From Verrucomicrobiota bacterium (GTDB taxonomy: Bacteria > Verrucomicrobiota > Verrucomicrobiia > Limisphaerales > Palsa-1400), in the NCBI GenBank assembly GCA_049522055.1, contig JBEKOF010000001.1, forward strand, positions 1 through 46,685: a stretch of DNA of 46,685 bases. Reading direction: 5' to 3'. Both the position numbers and the translations under genes were made by a program. Shown here piece by piece: positions 8,214 through 17,249 of this stretch. Positions within the stretch are counted from its first letter, which is position 1. Every line of letters begins with the position of its first letter. The notes beneath the pieces were generated by a model that was not told the origin of the DNA, made no database searches, and worked only from the letters and a program-made list of their open reading frames with translations.

Positions 8214-9572
8214 ATGAAAATTCCTCAAAAGCCGCCGCCGTATTTGGAACTGATTCGAGGAGGTGTGAGTGGAGAGCGCCTTGGCACCATTCTGAACTCG
8301 GTCGGTCTGCAAATTGCATCTGAACACTACCAGCATTGGGACAAGCTCAGGCATTACCCACCCCCCGAAGGCTTGACGCTCGAAGAATGGTGGCTCGCCA
8401 TTAAATTGCAAAGGAATGGTGTGCTGAAGTCTATTCCATTGAATGACAAGAATGGGAAACCGTTTCGTTTCTGCACCCCCGACCTCGTACAGCAGGAGTT
8501 GCACGCGATCGATGTCGGAGCGGGGCGTTCGATTGGCATCCCTGAACCGATCACCAATCCGCAAACGCGCGATCGTTACCTGATCCGGTCACTGATGGAG
8601 GAGGCCATCACTTCCAGCCAGTTGGAAGGCGCGGTAACAACACGCGAGGTGGCCAAAGAAATGATCCGTACAGGGCGACGACCGCGCGACCGCAGCGAGC
8701 AAATGATTCTAAACAATTTCGTGACGATGCAGAGGATCACGAAATTGAAAGAAGAGACGTTGTCAGCCAAAATGATTTTCGACATCCACCGGATGGTGAC
8801 AGAAAAGACACTGGAAGATCCGACGGCAGCAGGGCGGCCTCGTCGCGCGGAGGAGGAACGGGTGGTGGGTGATGATTTCGGCCAGGTTTTCCATGAGCCG
8901 CCGCCAGCCGCGGAATTGGAAGCTCGGCTGAACACCATGTGCGATTTCGCGAATGCCAAGACGCCGAGCTTCTTCGTTCATCCGGTGGTTCGCGCCATCA
9001 TCCTGCATTTCTGGCTGGCCTACGACCATCCGTTCGTGGATGGCAACGGAAGAACGGCCCGGGCGCTGTTCTACTGGTCCATGCTTCGGAGCGGGTATTG
9101 GCTGTTCGAGTTCATCTCGATTTCCAACATCCTGAGAAAAGCCCCAATCAAGTATGGCCGCTCTTTTCTCTACACAGAAACAGACGATAACGACCTGACC
9201 TATTTCATCGTCTCGCAAACCAAGGTCATGCGACAGGCAATTCACGGGCTTCATGCCTACATTAACCGCAAGACTGCGGAGGTGCGTGAGATGGAGTCGC
9301 ACATAAGGGCGTTGGACCTGTTTAATCACCGGCAGGTGGAGTTGATCGGCCACGCCCTGAAGCATCCATTCCAGCAATACAGTATTGCCAGTCACCAGAA
9401 GAGCAACAACGTCGTTTATCAGACGGCTCGCACAGATTTGTTGGCCTTGAGCAAACGGGGTCTCCTTGATTGGAAGAAGCGTAGCAGGCAAATGGTTTTT
9501 GTCGCTCCCGGCGACCTGGTCGAAAGACTTCGCAAGCTGGATAAGCAGACCCGAATGAAATTCACGGAATGA
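8214..9572 (+). CDS. Fic family protein (AMPylase-type motif) with in-cis inhibitory helix and C-terminal winged-helix-like region
   Basis: Fic motif HPFVDGNGRTAR at 9027-9062 matches HxFx(D/E)GNGRxxR. An upstream SSQLEG (8613-8630) matches the inhibitory [ST]xxxE[GN] motif. Third-codon positions are visibly less GC-rich than in flanking genes. Confidence 0.9.
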   Translation: MKIPQKPPPYLELIRGGVSGERLGTILNSVGLQIASEHYQHWDKLRHYPPPEGLTLEEWWLAIKLQRNGVLKSIPLNDKNGKPFRFCTPDLVQQELHAIDVGAGRSIGIPEPITNPQTRDRYLIRSLMEEAITSSQLEGAVTTREVAKEMIRTGRRPRDRSEQMILNNFVTMQRITKLKEETLSAKMIFDIHRMVTEKTLEDPTAAGRPRRAEEERVVGDDFGQVFHEPPPAAELEARLNTMCDFANAKTPSFFVHPVVRAIILHFWLAYDHPFVDGNGRTARALFYWSMLRSGYWLFEFISISNILRKAPIKYGRSFLYTETDDNDLTYFIVSQTKVMRQAIHGLHAYINRKTAEVREMESHIRALDLFNHRQVELIGHALKHPFQQYSIASHQKSNNVVYQTARTDLLALSKRGLLDWKKRSRQMVFVAPGDLVERLRKLDKQTRMKFTE

Positions 9573-9594
9573 AGGTCGAAGAGTATTCGGAATA

Positions 9595-9912
9595 ATGCGT
9601 TTTTTGTTGCTTGTCGCTTGGAACAGCCGAGCGGCGATTCAATTGGAGCTTTCCGGTGGCGGACTGATGCCCCCGCTGACGTTCAACGTGGCGGTGGGCA
9701 AGAATAACGCGCTGGTGAAATTGGGAAAAATCCCGACGAATTCATTGACCGGCTCGATTAACGCCAAGACGGGTTTGTTGACGGTGACGTTCGGCAATGG
9801 CGCGGGCAGAGCAAGGACGACGGGCACGGGAGCGATGATTCAGAGCGTGACGAATGGAGGCGGGTTCTTCCTGGGCAGGACAAACGCAGGCTCGATGGTG
9901 TCGGGACCGTGA
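9595..9912 (+). pseudogene. possible 3' remnant of a large surface-protein gene (or a small hypothetical protein)
   Basis: ..TFNVAVGKNNALVKLGKIPTNSLTGSINAKTGLLTVTFGNGAGRARTTGTGAMIQSVTNGGGFFLGRTNAGSMV looks like the beta-rich C-terminal end of a bigger protein. The N-terminal 20 codons look like read-in, and I found neither a signal peptide nor an SD. Confidence 0.3.
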
Positions 9913-9930
9913 CAAGGCAGAGAGATGGCA

Positions 9931-10455
9931 TTATGCGCCGGCCCAGGAGGTCCAGGTGGGATGGGGGAGGGAGCCGGAAGGGCGGGCGGACTTTTGGGGA
10001 GAGGCCAGGGGACGGGGCCGGCTTGCGGGAGGGGCCTGCCAGGAAAGGGGCAGAACCAAGGTAGGACAGGGGGCAAATTGGACCACGCGCTCCACGGTGC
10101 GGGAATGGAAGAGATGATGCCAGCGGCGGGGCCTGGAACTGGACATGAGGATGAGTTCGGAATGGCTGGCGCCGGCTTCGGCGATGATTTGCTCGTCAGG
10201 ACGGCCAAAGCGGACGCAGAGGCGGGCGGCTTGTTGGTGACCGAAAAAAAGGCGGGAGAGGCTGGCCAAGGATGATTGGGCTTCGTCCCGGAGTTCCTGA
10301 TAGAGGCGCTCTACGGGCGGGGTGATGTTGAGTTCCACCACGTAAAGCAAGGTGGCGCAAAAGGGAGAATCGAGGGCCATCTGTTGCAGGTAAAGCAAGG
10401 TGTCGGTTTTGCTGTGCAACAAATCGAGCGGAAGGAGAATGCGCTTGGCGGACAT
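9931..10455 (-). CDS. universal stress protein (UspA family) with Pro-rich C-terminal tail
   Basis: MSAKRILLPLDLLHSKTDTLLYLQQMA..LLYVVE..GRPDEQIIAEAGASHSELILMSS..SRTVERVVQFAPCPTLVLP shows the Usp fold pattern. The G-x2-G-x9-G(S/T) ATP motif is degenerate. ATG 10455 lies 10 nt after the kdpC stop. Confidence 0.7.
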   Translation of the reverse strand: MSAKRILLPLDLLHSKTDTLLYLQQMALDSPFCATLLYVVELNITPPVERLYQELRDEAQSSLASLSRLFFGHQQAARLCVRFGRPDEQIIAEAGASHSELILMSSSRPRRWHHLFHSRTVERVVQFAPCPTLVLPLSWQAPPASRPRPLASPQKSARPSGSLPHPTWTSWAGA

Positions 10456-10465
10456 GGCGGCCTTG

Positions 10466-11080
10466 TTATGTGCGGGCGGGAGTTGGGGCGGCGGGCTTCT
10501 TTGTGTCCATTTGGTCGAGGGCCAGGTTGAGCAAGAGGACGTTGACGCGGGGTTCGCCAAGAAAGCCCCATTGGGAACCTTCGGTGAATTTGTCCACCAG
10601 TTGGCGGAGAGAGTCCACGCTCAGGCCGCGGGAGGCGGCGACGCGGGCGACTTGGAGTTGGGCGGATTGCGGGCTGATGTGGGGATCGAGACCGCTGCCG
10701 GAGGCAAAAACCATGTCGGCGGGGACGGGGGTATTGGCGGGGAGGTTGTTGCCGCTGATAAAGGCGCTGATGTTGTTGATGACGTTGGTTTGGAGCGCGC
10801 CGCTGGTGGGACCGAGGTTGCTGGCGCCGGAGGGGACGAGGCCGGAAGGGCCGGTGCCGTAAGCGCAGGCGGAGGGGCGGGGCCAGAAGTAGTTGGTGCC
10901 GGTGAATTGCTGGGCCAAGAGCGCGGAGCCGATGAGTTTGCCGTCGCGCATGACGAGGCTGCCTTGGGACTGGTCATTGAAGGCGATATTGGCGATGAGG
11001 GTGATGGCGAGGGGATAGATAAGCCCGCAGATAATGGTCCATAGGATGATTTGGCGAATGGATTGGAGGAGGACTTTCAT
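10466..11080 (-). CDS. kdpC: potassium-transporting ATPase subunit C
   Basis: MKVLLQSIRQIILWTIICGLIYPLAITLIANIAF..GSALLAQQF..YFWPRPSA..ASGSGLDPHISPQSAQLQVARVA..RVNVLLLNLAL is canonical KdpC. Start taken at ATG 11080. Confidence 0.9.
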   Translation of the reverse strand: MKVLLQSIRQIILWTIICGLIYPLAITLIANIAFNDQSQGSLVMRDGKLIGSALLAQQFTGTNYFWPRPSACAYGTGPSGLVPSGASNLGPTSGALQTNVINNISAFISGNNLPANTPVPADMVFASGSGLDPHISPQSAQLQVARVAASRGLSVDSLRQLVDKFTEGSQWGFLGEPRVNVLLLNLALDQMDTKKPAAPTPART

Positions 11081-11106
11081 AGATTTTGCGTGGTATGGGT
11101 GTGAAA

Positions 11107-13188
11107 TCAACTGACCAGATGGGCGGCCACGAGAAGGACATCGAGGGCTTTGATGAAGATGAAGGGGATGAGGATGCCGCCGACGCCGTAGATGAGCATG
11201 TTTTTGCGGAGGATGACGGCCGCGCCCAAGGGCTTGTACTTGACGCCCTTCAAGGCGAGCGGGATCAAGGCGACGATGATGAGGGCGTTGAAGATGACGG
11301 CGCTGAGAATGGCGCTTTGAGGGGAATGGAGGTACATGATGTTGAGTTTGTCCAGGGGACCGTGCTGGCCGGCTTTGAGGGCGTAAAGGGTGCCGAACAT
11401 GGCCGGGAGAATGGCGAAGTATTTGGAGACGTCGTTGGCGATGCTGAAAGTGGTCAGAGCGCCGCGGGTCATGAGGAGTTGCTTGCCGATTTCGACCACC
11501 TCGATGAGCTTGGTGGGGCTGCTGTCCAGGTCCACCATGTTGCCGGCTTCGCGGGCGGCCTGGGTGCCGGTGTTCATGGCGACGCCGACGTCGGCCTGGG
11601 CGAGGGCCGGGGCGTCGTTGGTGCCGTCGCCGATCATGGCGATCAATTTGCCGCCTTCCTGCTCCTTGCGGATGCGGGCCAGTTTATCCTCCGGTTTGGC
11701 CTGGGCGATGTAATCGTCCACGCCGGCCTCGGCGGCGATGGCGGCGGCGGTGAGGTTGTTGTCGCCGGTGATCATGATGGTGCGGACGCCCATTCTGCGG
11801 AGTTGGGCGAAGCGTTCCTTGATGCCGCCCTTGACGATGTCTTTGAGGCGGATGACGCCGAGGATGCGGGAGCCGTCGGCGACGACGAGGGGAGTGGCGC
11901 CCGATCCGGCGATTTCGTCCACGGCGGCGGCGACGGATTTGTCGCGGGTGCCGCCTTGTTGCTGGACGAAGAGGAAGACGGACTCGGCGGCGCCTTTGCG
12001 GATGCGGCGGGTGATGGCGCCGTGGCTGCCGAAATCCACGCCGCTCATGCGGGTTTGGGCGGAGAAGGGAACAAATTGGGCCTGGATGTCGGCCATATCG
12101 CGGCCGCGGAGGCCGTATTTTTCCTTGGCGAGGACGGCGATGGAGCGGCCTTCGGGAGTTTCGTCGGCGAGGGAAGCGAGTTGGGAGGCGTCGGCCAGTT
12201 CCTCGATTTTGACGCCCGGGGCGGGGATGAATTCGGTGGCCATGCGGTTGCCGAGGGTGATGGTGCCGGTTTTGTCAAGCAAAAGGACGTCGACGTCGCC
12301 CGCGGCTTCAACGGCGCGGCCGCTGGTGGCCAGGACGTTGCGGCGCATGAGGCGGTCAATGCCGGCGATGCCGATGGCGCTGAGCAAGCCGCCGATGGTG
12401 GTGGGGATGAGGCAGACCAAGAGGGAGAGGAGGACGGGAGGGGTAGTCAAGACGGCGTCTTTCTGGCCGGACTGGGCTTCGTTGTAATGGGCAAAGGGCG
12501 GGAGGGTATAGACGACGAGAATGAAGAGAGCGGTGAGGCTGACGAGAATGATGTTGAGGGCGATTTCGTTGGGGGTTTGCTGGCGGCGGGCACCTTCAAT
12601 CATGGCGATCATTTTATCGAGGAAAGAATTGCCGGCTTCGGCGGTGACGCGGACGACGATGCGGTCGCTGATGACGCGGGTGCCGCCGGTGACGGCGCTG
12701 CGGTCGCCGCCGCTTTCACGGACGACGGGGGCGGACTCGCCGGTGATGGCGGATTCGTCCACGGTGGCGATGCCTTCGATGATTTCGCCGTCAGCGGGGA
12801 TGAAGTCGTTGGTTTGGCAGACGAAGCGTTCGCCGATTTTCAAGTCGTTGCCCGGGACGAGGACTTCCTTGCCGTCCACGAGTTTGCGGGCGATGGTTTT
12901 GGTGCGCATTTTGCGGAGTTCGTCGGCGTGGGCCTTGCCGCGGCCCTCGGCCATGGCTTCGGCAAAGTTGGCGAAGAGGCAGGTGAACCAGAGCCAGACG
13001 CAAACCTGGATGTTGAAGCCGGTGCGGTTGGCGGGCCAAAAGAGGTAGATGGTGGTCCAGATGGCGCCGACATAGACGACGAACATGACGAGGTTTTTGA
13101 ACTCGTCGGCCGGGTTGAGTTTTTTGAAGGAATCAATGATGGCCTGGCGGACCAGCGGGGAGTATTTGATTTCAGCTTTTGTGCTCAT
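11107..13188 (-). CDS. kdpB: potassium-transporting P-type ATPase subunit B
   Basis: 693 aa with [21 protein letters not shown] (phospho-Asp), [22 protein letters not shown] and TM5 [14 protein letters not shown]. All hallmark KdpB motifs are intact. Confidence 0.95.
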   Translation of the reverse strand: MSTKAEIKYSPLVRQAIIDSFKKLNPADEFKNLVMFVVYVGAIWTTIYLFWPANRTGFNIQVCVWLWFTCLFANFAEAMAEGRGKAHADELRKMRTKTIARKLVDGKEVLVPGNDLKIGERFVCQTNDFIPADGEIIEGIATVDESAITGESAPVVRESGGDRSAVTGGTRVISDRIVVRVTAEAGNSFLDKMIAMIEGARRQQTPNEIALNIILVSLTALFILVVYTLPPFAHYNEAQSGQKDAVLTTPPVLLSLLVCLIPTTIGGLLSAIGIAGIDRLMRRNVLATSGRAVEAAGDVDVLLLDKTGTITLGNRMATEFIPAPGVKIEELADASQLASLADETPEGRSIAVLAKEKYGLRGRDMADIQAQFVPFSAQTRMSGVDFGSHGAITRRIRKGAAESVFLFVQQQGGTRDKSVAAAVDEIAGSGATPLVVADGSRILGVIRLKDIVKGGIKERFAQLRRMGVRTIMITGDNNLTAAAIAAEAGVDDYIAQAKPEDKLARIRKEQEGGKLIAMIGDGTNDAPALAQADVGVAMNTGTQAAREAGNMVDLDSSPTKLIEVVEIGKQLLMTRGALTTFSIANDVSKYFAILPAMFGTLYALKAGQHGPLDKLNIMYLHSPQSAILSAVIFNALIIVALIPLALKGVKYKPLGAAVILRKNMLIYGVGGILIPFIFIKALDVLLVAAHLVS

Positions 13189-13298
13189 AAATAAAATCGG
13201 GATGGGTTTTTAGAAAACGCGCGCCACCCCGCAAGACCGCGCCGGCAAATGGGCGGCGGCCCAAGGAAGGAAAGAAAGCCAAGAACATTCATGTTCAT
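13185..13298 (-). CDS. 37-codon upstream ORF whose TGA overlaps the kdpB ATG (speculative)
   Basis: Hand translation gives [42 protein letters not shown] lies 8 nt before the second ATG (13292), and the junction with kdpB is ATGA at 13185-13188. Too short for the ORF track, with no recognisable homology. Confidence 0.25.
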   Translation of the reverse strand: MNMNVLGFLSFLGPPPICRRGLAGWRAFSKNPSRFYL

Positions 13299-13415
13299 TG
13301 TCCTTATTGTAAGCCTCCGACGGCAAGCCCCTCATAAATAGAAGGGGCAAAAGCGTTAAAATCATATTAAAGCGAACACCTCATCGCTGACGCCGGAGAT
13401 CAAACTGTGGCGCGC

Positions 13416-14471
13416 TCACTTTTTGGCCAGGTGATGCCAGAGGAGGAGAAAACCGACCACCTGGAGGAACAGGGGAATGAGAATCCACGGGGCGATGAGG
13501 CGGGCCTTGCGCCAGAAGCGTTTGGCCGGGGTGGGAGGCTCCAAACGGCCGCAGCGGCCGGTGAGTTCTACTTGACTTGGCGCGTCCAGGGCGGCCTTCA
13601 TCTCGGCGGCGGTTTGGTAGCGGCGGTCGGGATTGCGCTCCATGGCGCGGAGGACGATTTCCTCGGCTTGCGGCGAAAGGGCGGGGTTCACCTTGCGCGG
13701 GGCTACGGGATCGCCGGTGACGCGGGCGTTCATGATGACCATGGGGTCCTCGTGGTCGAAGGCGATGACGCCGGTGAGCATTTCGTAGAGCATGGCGCCG
13801 ACGCCGTAGATGTCGGTGCGGGCGTCGCCGCGTTTGCACTGGACGCGTTCGGGGGCCATGTAATGGGGAGTGCCGGGAGCGAAACCGACGAAGGTGAGGC
13901 GGGGAGACTGGTCGGAGCGGGCGATGCCAAAATCCATGAGACGGATGGAGCCGTCCGGGCAAAGCATAATGTTTTCGGGTTTGAGATCGCGGTGGACGAC
14001 GCCCTGTTCATGGACGAACTGCAAGGCCTGGCAAATACGGCCGGCGAGCTGGAGGGCTTCAGCTTCCGGGAGGAAGGGGCGTTTGCGGAGTTCGTGGTAG
14101 AGGGTGTGGCCTTGGAGCAATTCCATGACGAGATAGGGCCGGCTCTGTTTGCCGACGTCCCGGATGAAATGCATGACGAAGGGGTGGCTGATGCGGCGGC
14201 CGATTTCTGCCTCGCGCTGGAAGCGGGGCATGTGATTGGGATCCAAACCCAGTTTCTGGAGGGGAACCTTGAGGGCGACGGGGCGGCAGCCCTGGAGCAA
14301 ATCTTCCGCCTTGAAAATAGTGGACATGCCGCCGCGGCTGAGCACCTGGGTGATGGCGAAACGGCCGTCCAGGACGTGGCCGGGGCGGAGGTCGCCGTTG
14401 AGCGGCGCCGGCTGGCCGGAGGGGCTTTGTTCCATTTCAGCCAGCGCGGCAGGATTGTAACCTAGCTTCAC
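13416..14471 (-). CDS. Ser/Thr protein kinase with C-terminal membrane anchor
   Basis: Hanks kinase blocks: VALKVP (Lys), HRDLKPENIML, DFGIA, GTPHYMAPE, DIYGVGAMLYEMLTG. C-terminal TM segment APWILIPLFLQVVGFLLLW. GTG start at 14471, alternative ATG at 14435. Confidence 0.9.
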   Translation of the reverse strand: MKLGYNPAALAEMEQSPSGQPAPLNGDLRPGHVLDGRFAITQVLSRGGMSTIFKAEDLLQGCRPVALKVPLQKLGLDPNHMPRFQREAEIGRRISHPFVMHFIRDVGKQSRPYLVMELLQGHTLYHELRKRPFLPEAEALQLAGRICQALQFVHEQGVVHRDLKPENIMLCPDGSIRLMDFGIARSDQSPRLTFVGFAPGTPHYMAPERVQCKRGDARTDIYGVGAMLYEMLTGVIAFDHEDPMVIMNARVTGDPVAPRKVNPALSPQAEEIVLRAMERNPDRRYQTAAEMKAALDAPSQVELTGRCGRLEPPTPAKRFWRKARLIAPWILIPLFLQVVGFLLLWHHLAKK

Positions 14472-14565
14472 GCGGGTACTCTGGCCTGAACGAGGCCGCC
14501 CGGATAATCAAAACAGGGGGAACGGGTATTAAAAATAAATCAATAAAACAAACATCCACCTGGCC

Positions 14566-14635
14566 GGGGTGACCGCCTCGGTAAGAACAACCCACGGACG
14601 CCTCGGCGAGGCGTCCCTACCCGGTCAATGTCAAG
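14566..14635. repeat. REP-like dispersed element with hairpin GGACGCCTC-ggc-GAGGCGTCC (copy B)
   Basis: About 85% identical over about 65 nt to 46540-46610 (GACCGCCTCGG-AAGAAC-ACCCACGGACGCCTCGGCGAGGCG..GTCAAG). The core hairpin is also present at 6226-6244. Confidence 0.85.
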
Positions 14636-14648
14636 TATTTGGATGGGG

Positions 14649-17249
14649 TTATTCCCGCGGGCCGAGGATGTTTTCGATTTTGGCGGGCCTTCTGGAAGGG
14701 GCGAGCCATTGGTCGGGATACCAATACCAGCGCGCGCCCAGATCGGCTTCCGGCCAGCGCCAGAGCGAGCCATCGGCCGCCAGGGCCGCGATTTGGCCCT
14801 GCACACAACCGACCGAGACCCAATCACTGTTTGTCCCCAACCGCGCGGGGGGATTTTGCAACGTCTTTGTTTGGCGGTCGAAATGAGGATCGAGATTCCA
14901 TTGCCAGATCGAGCCGTCAGTTTTCAGAGCCACCAATTGATAGAGTGCGCTTGCGACGGCCACCCAATTTGTGTGATTGCCGATTTGAACCAGTGTCGGC
15001 GGAGCCAGGCCTTTGGCAGGCGATAAGGCGCCCTGGCGCCGCAAATACTGCTCGGAAGACCAATCCCAGTACCACAGCGTTCCGTCATCACGGACACCGA
15101 TCCGGAAGGAGTAGCCGATCGGACACCAGTTGAGGCTCTTGAATTGGACGTGATCCAAACCCGGCATCCGCGCGGCCGCTGTCTCTGGAGAGAGTTCCAC
15201 CTCAAGGCTTCTCTGCGCCGCGTCCTGGTTTGGTTTGGCCTCGTGCAATTCCCACGCGCTGCCGTCCCGTTTCCACGCATAGACAGGTCCATCCCCCCGA
15301 AGAATCCGCGCCCAGTCGGAATCCGCGCCGAGTTGATGCGGCAGGAAAGCCCGCAGCCCTGGGTTCTGATAATTTCTGGCGTTGGAAGAGTCATAGTTGG
15401 TTCCCCAGCGCCACAATGTGCCGTCCCGCTTTAAGAGGACGAACGACCAGACGGAATCACCTACCAGGCTTTGCCAGTCGGATTGGACGCCGAACTGGAC
15501 CAACTGCGGGGGGCCTTCGGCGAACCAGGGCCACGGGAGCGGTTTTTCGGAAACCCAGAGAGTGCCATCAGATCGAATCGCGACTGTTTCGCTGAGGTTC
15601 GGAAATACGGCCACCCAATTCGAGCCGTTGACGAAATGATTTTTGCCGCCGCCCAGCGAAAGGTTTTTGACAGCAATCACATCCTCCCAGAGTCTGCCGT
15701 CCGGCAACAGGATCGCCCGTGTAAGGCGATAGCCAAGGCCAGAGAGCAAGACGGGTTTGCCCGCGGGCAGCCGCGCCGGTCCGTGCGCGCCCTCCAGTGG
15801 CATAACCCGTTCCCAGACGCGATGGTAAAGGGCCGCCGCCGCGCCAGAGATCAATACGATGACGGCGGCCAAGCCAAGGATGTTCCGACGCCAGCGGCGT
15901 TCGCTTTCGAACGCCCATCGGAAGTTGCCATAGGCCAGCCAGAGAAGGGCGGCGGTCAGCGCCGGATAGGCCATCGCAGGCCACAACTTCCAGCCAAAGG
16001 CATTGAAGGCCTGGGAGGAATCGGTTGCGATACTGTGAATGAGCCAAAACACAAAGGTGGCAACCATCCCCGCCGCCATGGCTTGCACCAGGCTGCGCGT
16101 CAGCGTGGAGGCGTAAAAGGCAATCAACGAAAGGGTCAGGAAGACCAAAAAGACGGGGATGAGTCCCGATCCTTCCAGGCGGATTCCCATGACTTGCAGG
16201 TCCACGCCAGCGCCCATGGCGCGGGCCACCGCTTCCACTGCGCCGAGCAGCGCCGCGCTGAGCAACCCGCCCAGGACAAGCACAAAAAGCAATTTGACGG
16301 CAAATTGGACCTTGCGTGAAACCGAGAGGCACAAAAGGCCGTCGAGGGTGCCGAGTTGCCGCTCTTCGGCCACGCTTTGGGAGCCGGCCAGCAACGGCAC
16401 GATGAGCCAGATCCCGCCGAACATTTCGAGGGACAAAAGCGTGGTGTGGCCAAAAACATGGGCGCCGGCCTTGCGCAACATCACGACACCCAGATGCAAG
16501 AAGAAAAGCGCGGCGATTCCCGCCAGCGTGAACTGGTGGAGTTGGAGTTCCTTCTGGAACAACGCCGCCCAGGGCCTGCGCTCGCGCAAGCCGCCTTGCT
16601 CGGTGGCGGCCCGCGCGCGGCCCAGTGAAACGACGCCGCCGGTCCAGGCCGTGTCCTGGAAATGAAGGAATTGCCACCGGGCCAGGAAGAATCCGGCCAC
16701 GGCATACAGGCCCAGCAGCGCAAAGAGCATCCAGCCTGGTCCGCCGATCATTTGAATGGCAATGGTCGCGGCCATCGGAATGAGGAGGGTGAGCCAGAGA
16801 GCCGAGGCGACTTGGCGCAGCAGCAAGGTCATCCAGAGGCCGCCTGCCGTCAAGACGGCCACCAGCAATATGGCGTTGGCCAGGACTTCTGGCGAGACCA
16901 ACCGGACGCCGCGGTGGAAACAGGAGAAGAGGCTGTCGGAGAGCCACCAGGCGTCAAAGGCCAGGGCAATGAAGAGAGCCAGGACGGCAACTTTAATCCA
17001 CCAGATCCGAGCGCGCCCCAAAGGTTGCGCCAGGATAAAGGGAAGGGTTTTGAGGCCAATCTCGCGTCCGAATGAGGAAAGGGCGAGCATCATGATCCCA
17101 AACAAACAGAGGTAAGCGGTGAAGTCGCCGATGTTGCCGAGATAGAAGCTGGCGGCGGGCAAAAGCCATACCGGCAGGACGGCCATCAGGAGAGCCGCGG
17201 CAAAGGCGGGGAGCAGCAGGCGGATTTCCTTTTCGAGGAGCGTTTTCAT
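14649..17249 (-). CDS. ABC-2-type double permease fused to a C-terminal RCC1-like beta-propeller
   Basis: 866 aa from ATG 17249 (MKTLLEKEIRLLLP). About 500 aa form two hydrophobic six-helix-like halves, then seven repeats carrying DG(T/S)(L/I/A)W (RSDGTLWV, KRDGTLWRWG, KRDGSAWE, RDDGTLWYW, KTDGSIWQW, AADGSLWRW, LPDGRLWE). ATGA overlap with the ATPase gene at 17246-17249. Confidence 0.75.
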   Translation of the reverse strand: MKTLLEKEIRLLLPAFAAALLMAVLPVWLLPAASFYLGNIGDFTAYLCLFGIMMLALSSFGREIGLKTLPFILAQPLGRARIWWIKVAVLALFIALAFDAWWLSDSLFSCFHRGVRLVSPEVLANAILLVAVLTAGGLWMTLLLRQVASALWLTLLIPMAATIAIQMIGGPGWMLFALLGLYAVAGFFLARWQFLHFQDTAWTGGVVSLGRARAATEQGGLRERRPWAALFQKELQLHQFTLAGIAALFFLHLGVVMLRKAGAHVFGHTTLLSLEMFGGIWLIVPLLAGSQSVAEERQLGTLDGLLCLSVSRKVQFAVKLLFVLVLGGLLSAALLGAVEAVARAMGAGVDLQVMGIRLEGSGLIPVFLVFLTLSLIAFYASTLTRSLVQAMAAGMVATFVFWLIHSIATDSSQAFNAFGWKLWPAMAYPALTAALLWLAYGNFRWAFESERRWRRNILGLAAVIVLISGAAAALYHRVWERVMPLEGAHGPARLPAGKPVLLSGLGYRLTRAILLPDGRLWEDVIAVKNLSLGGGKNHFVNGSNWVAVFPNLSETVAIRSDGTLWVSEKPLPWPWFAEGPPQLVQFGVQSDWQSLVGDSVWSFVLLKRDGTLWRWGTNYDSSNARNYQNPGLRAFLPHQLGADSDWARILRGDGPVYAWKRDGSAWELHEAKPNQDAAQRSLEVELSPETAAARMPGLDHVQFKSLNWCPIGYSFRIGVRDDGTLWYWDWSSEQYLRRQGALSPAKGLAPPTLVQIGNHTNWVAVASALYQLVALKTDGSIWQWNLDPHFDRQTKTLQNPPARLGTNSDWVSVGCVQGQIAALAADGSLWRWPEADLGARWYWYPDQWLAPSRRPAKIENILGPRE

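Noticed and set aside
9854-10275. Gly/Pro-rich + strand ORFs (9854..10117, 9925..10275) resembling the secreted GP-rich protein
   Set aside because: They have no signal peptide and are the antisense of the Pro-rich C-terminal tail of the Usp gene, so this is a composition-driven artefact.
11086-13194. 702-aa ORF on the + strand spanning all of kdpB
   Set aside because: It is an antisense shadow of a GC3-rich gene. The product is a low-complexity G/D/A/E/V string with no motifs, while the minus strand encodes a complete KdpB with every P-type ATPase signature.
13185-13298. The small ORF before kdpB as KdpF
   Set aside because: KdpF is a roughly 26-30-aa single TM helix with a YL..AL..PE.F-like end. 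This peptide has only about 12 hydrophobic residues followed by a basic, Pro-rich tail. It is kept only as an unexplained coupled uORF.
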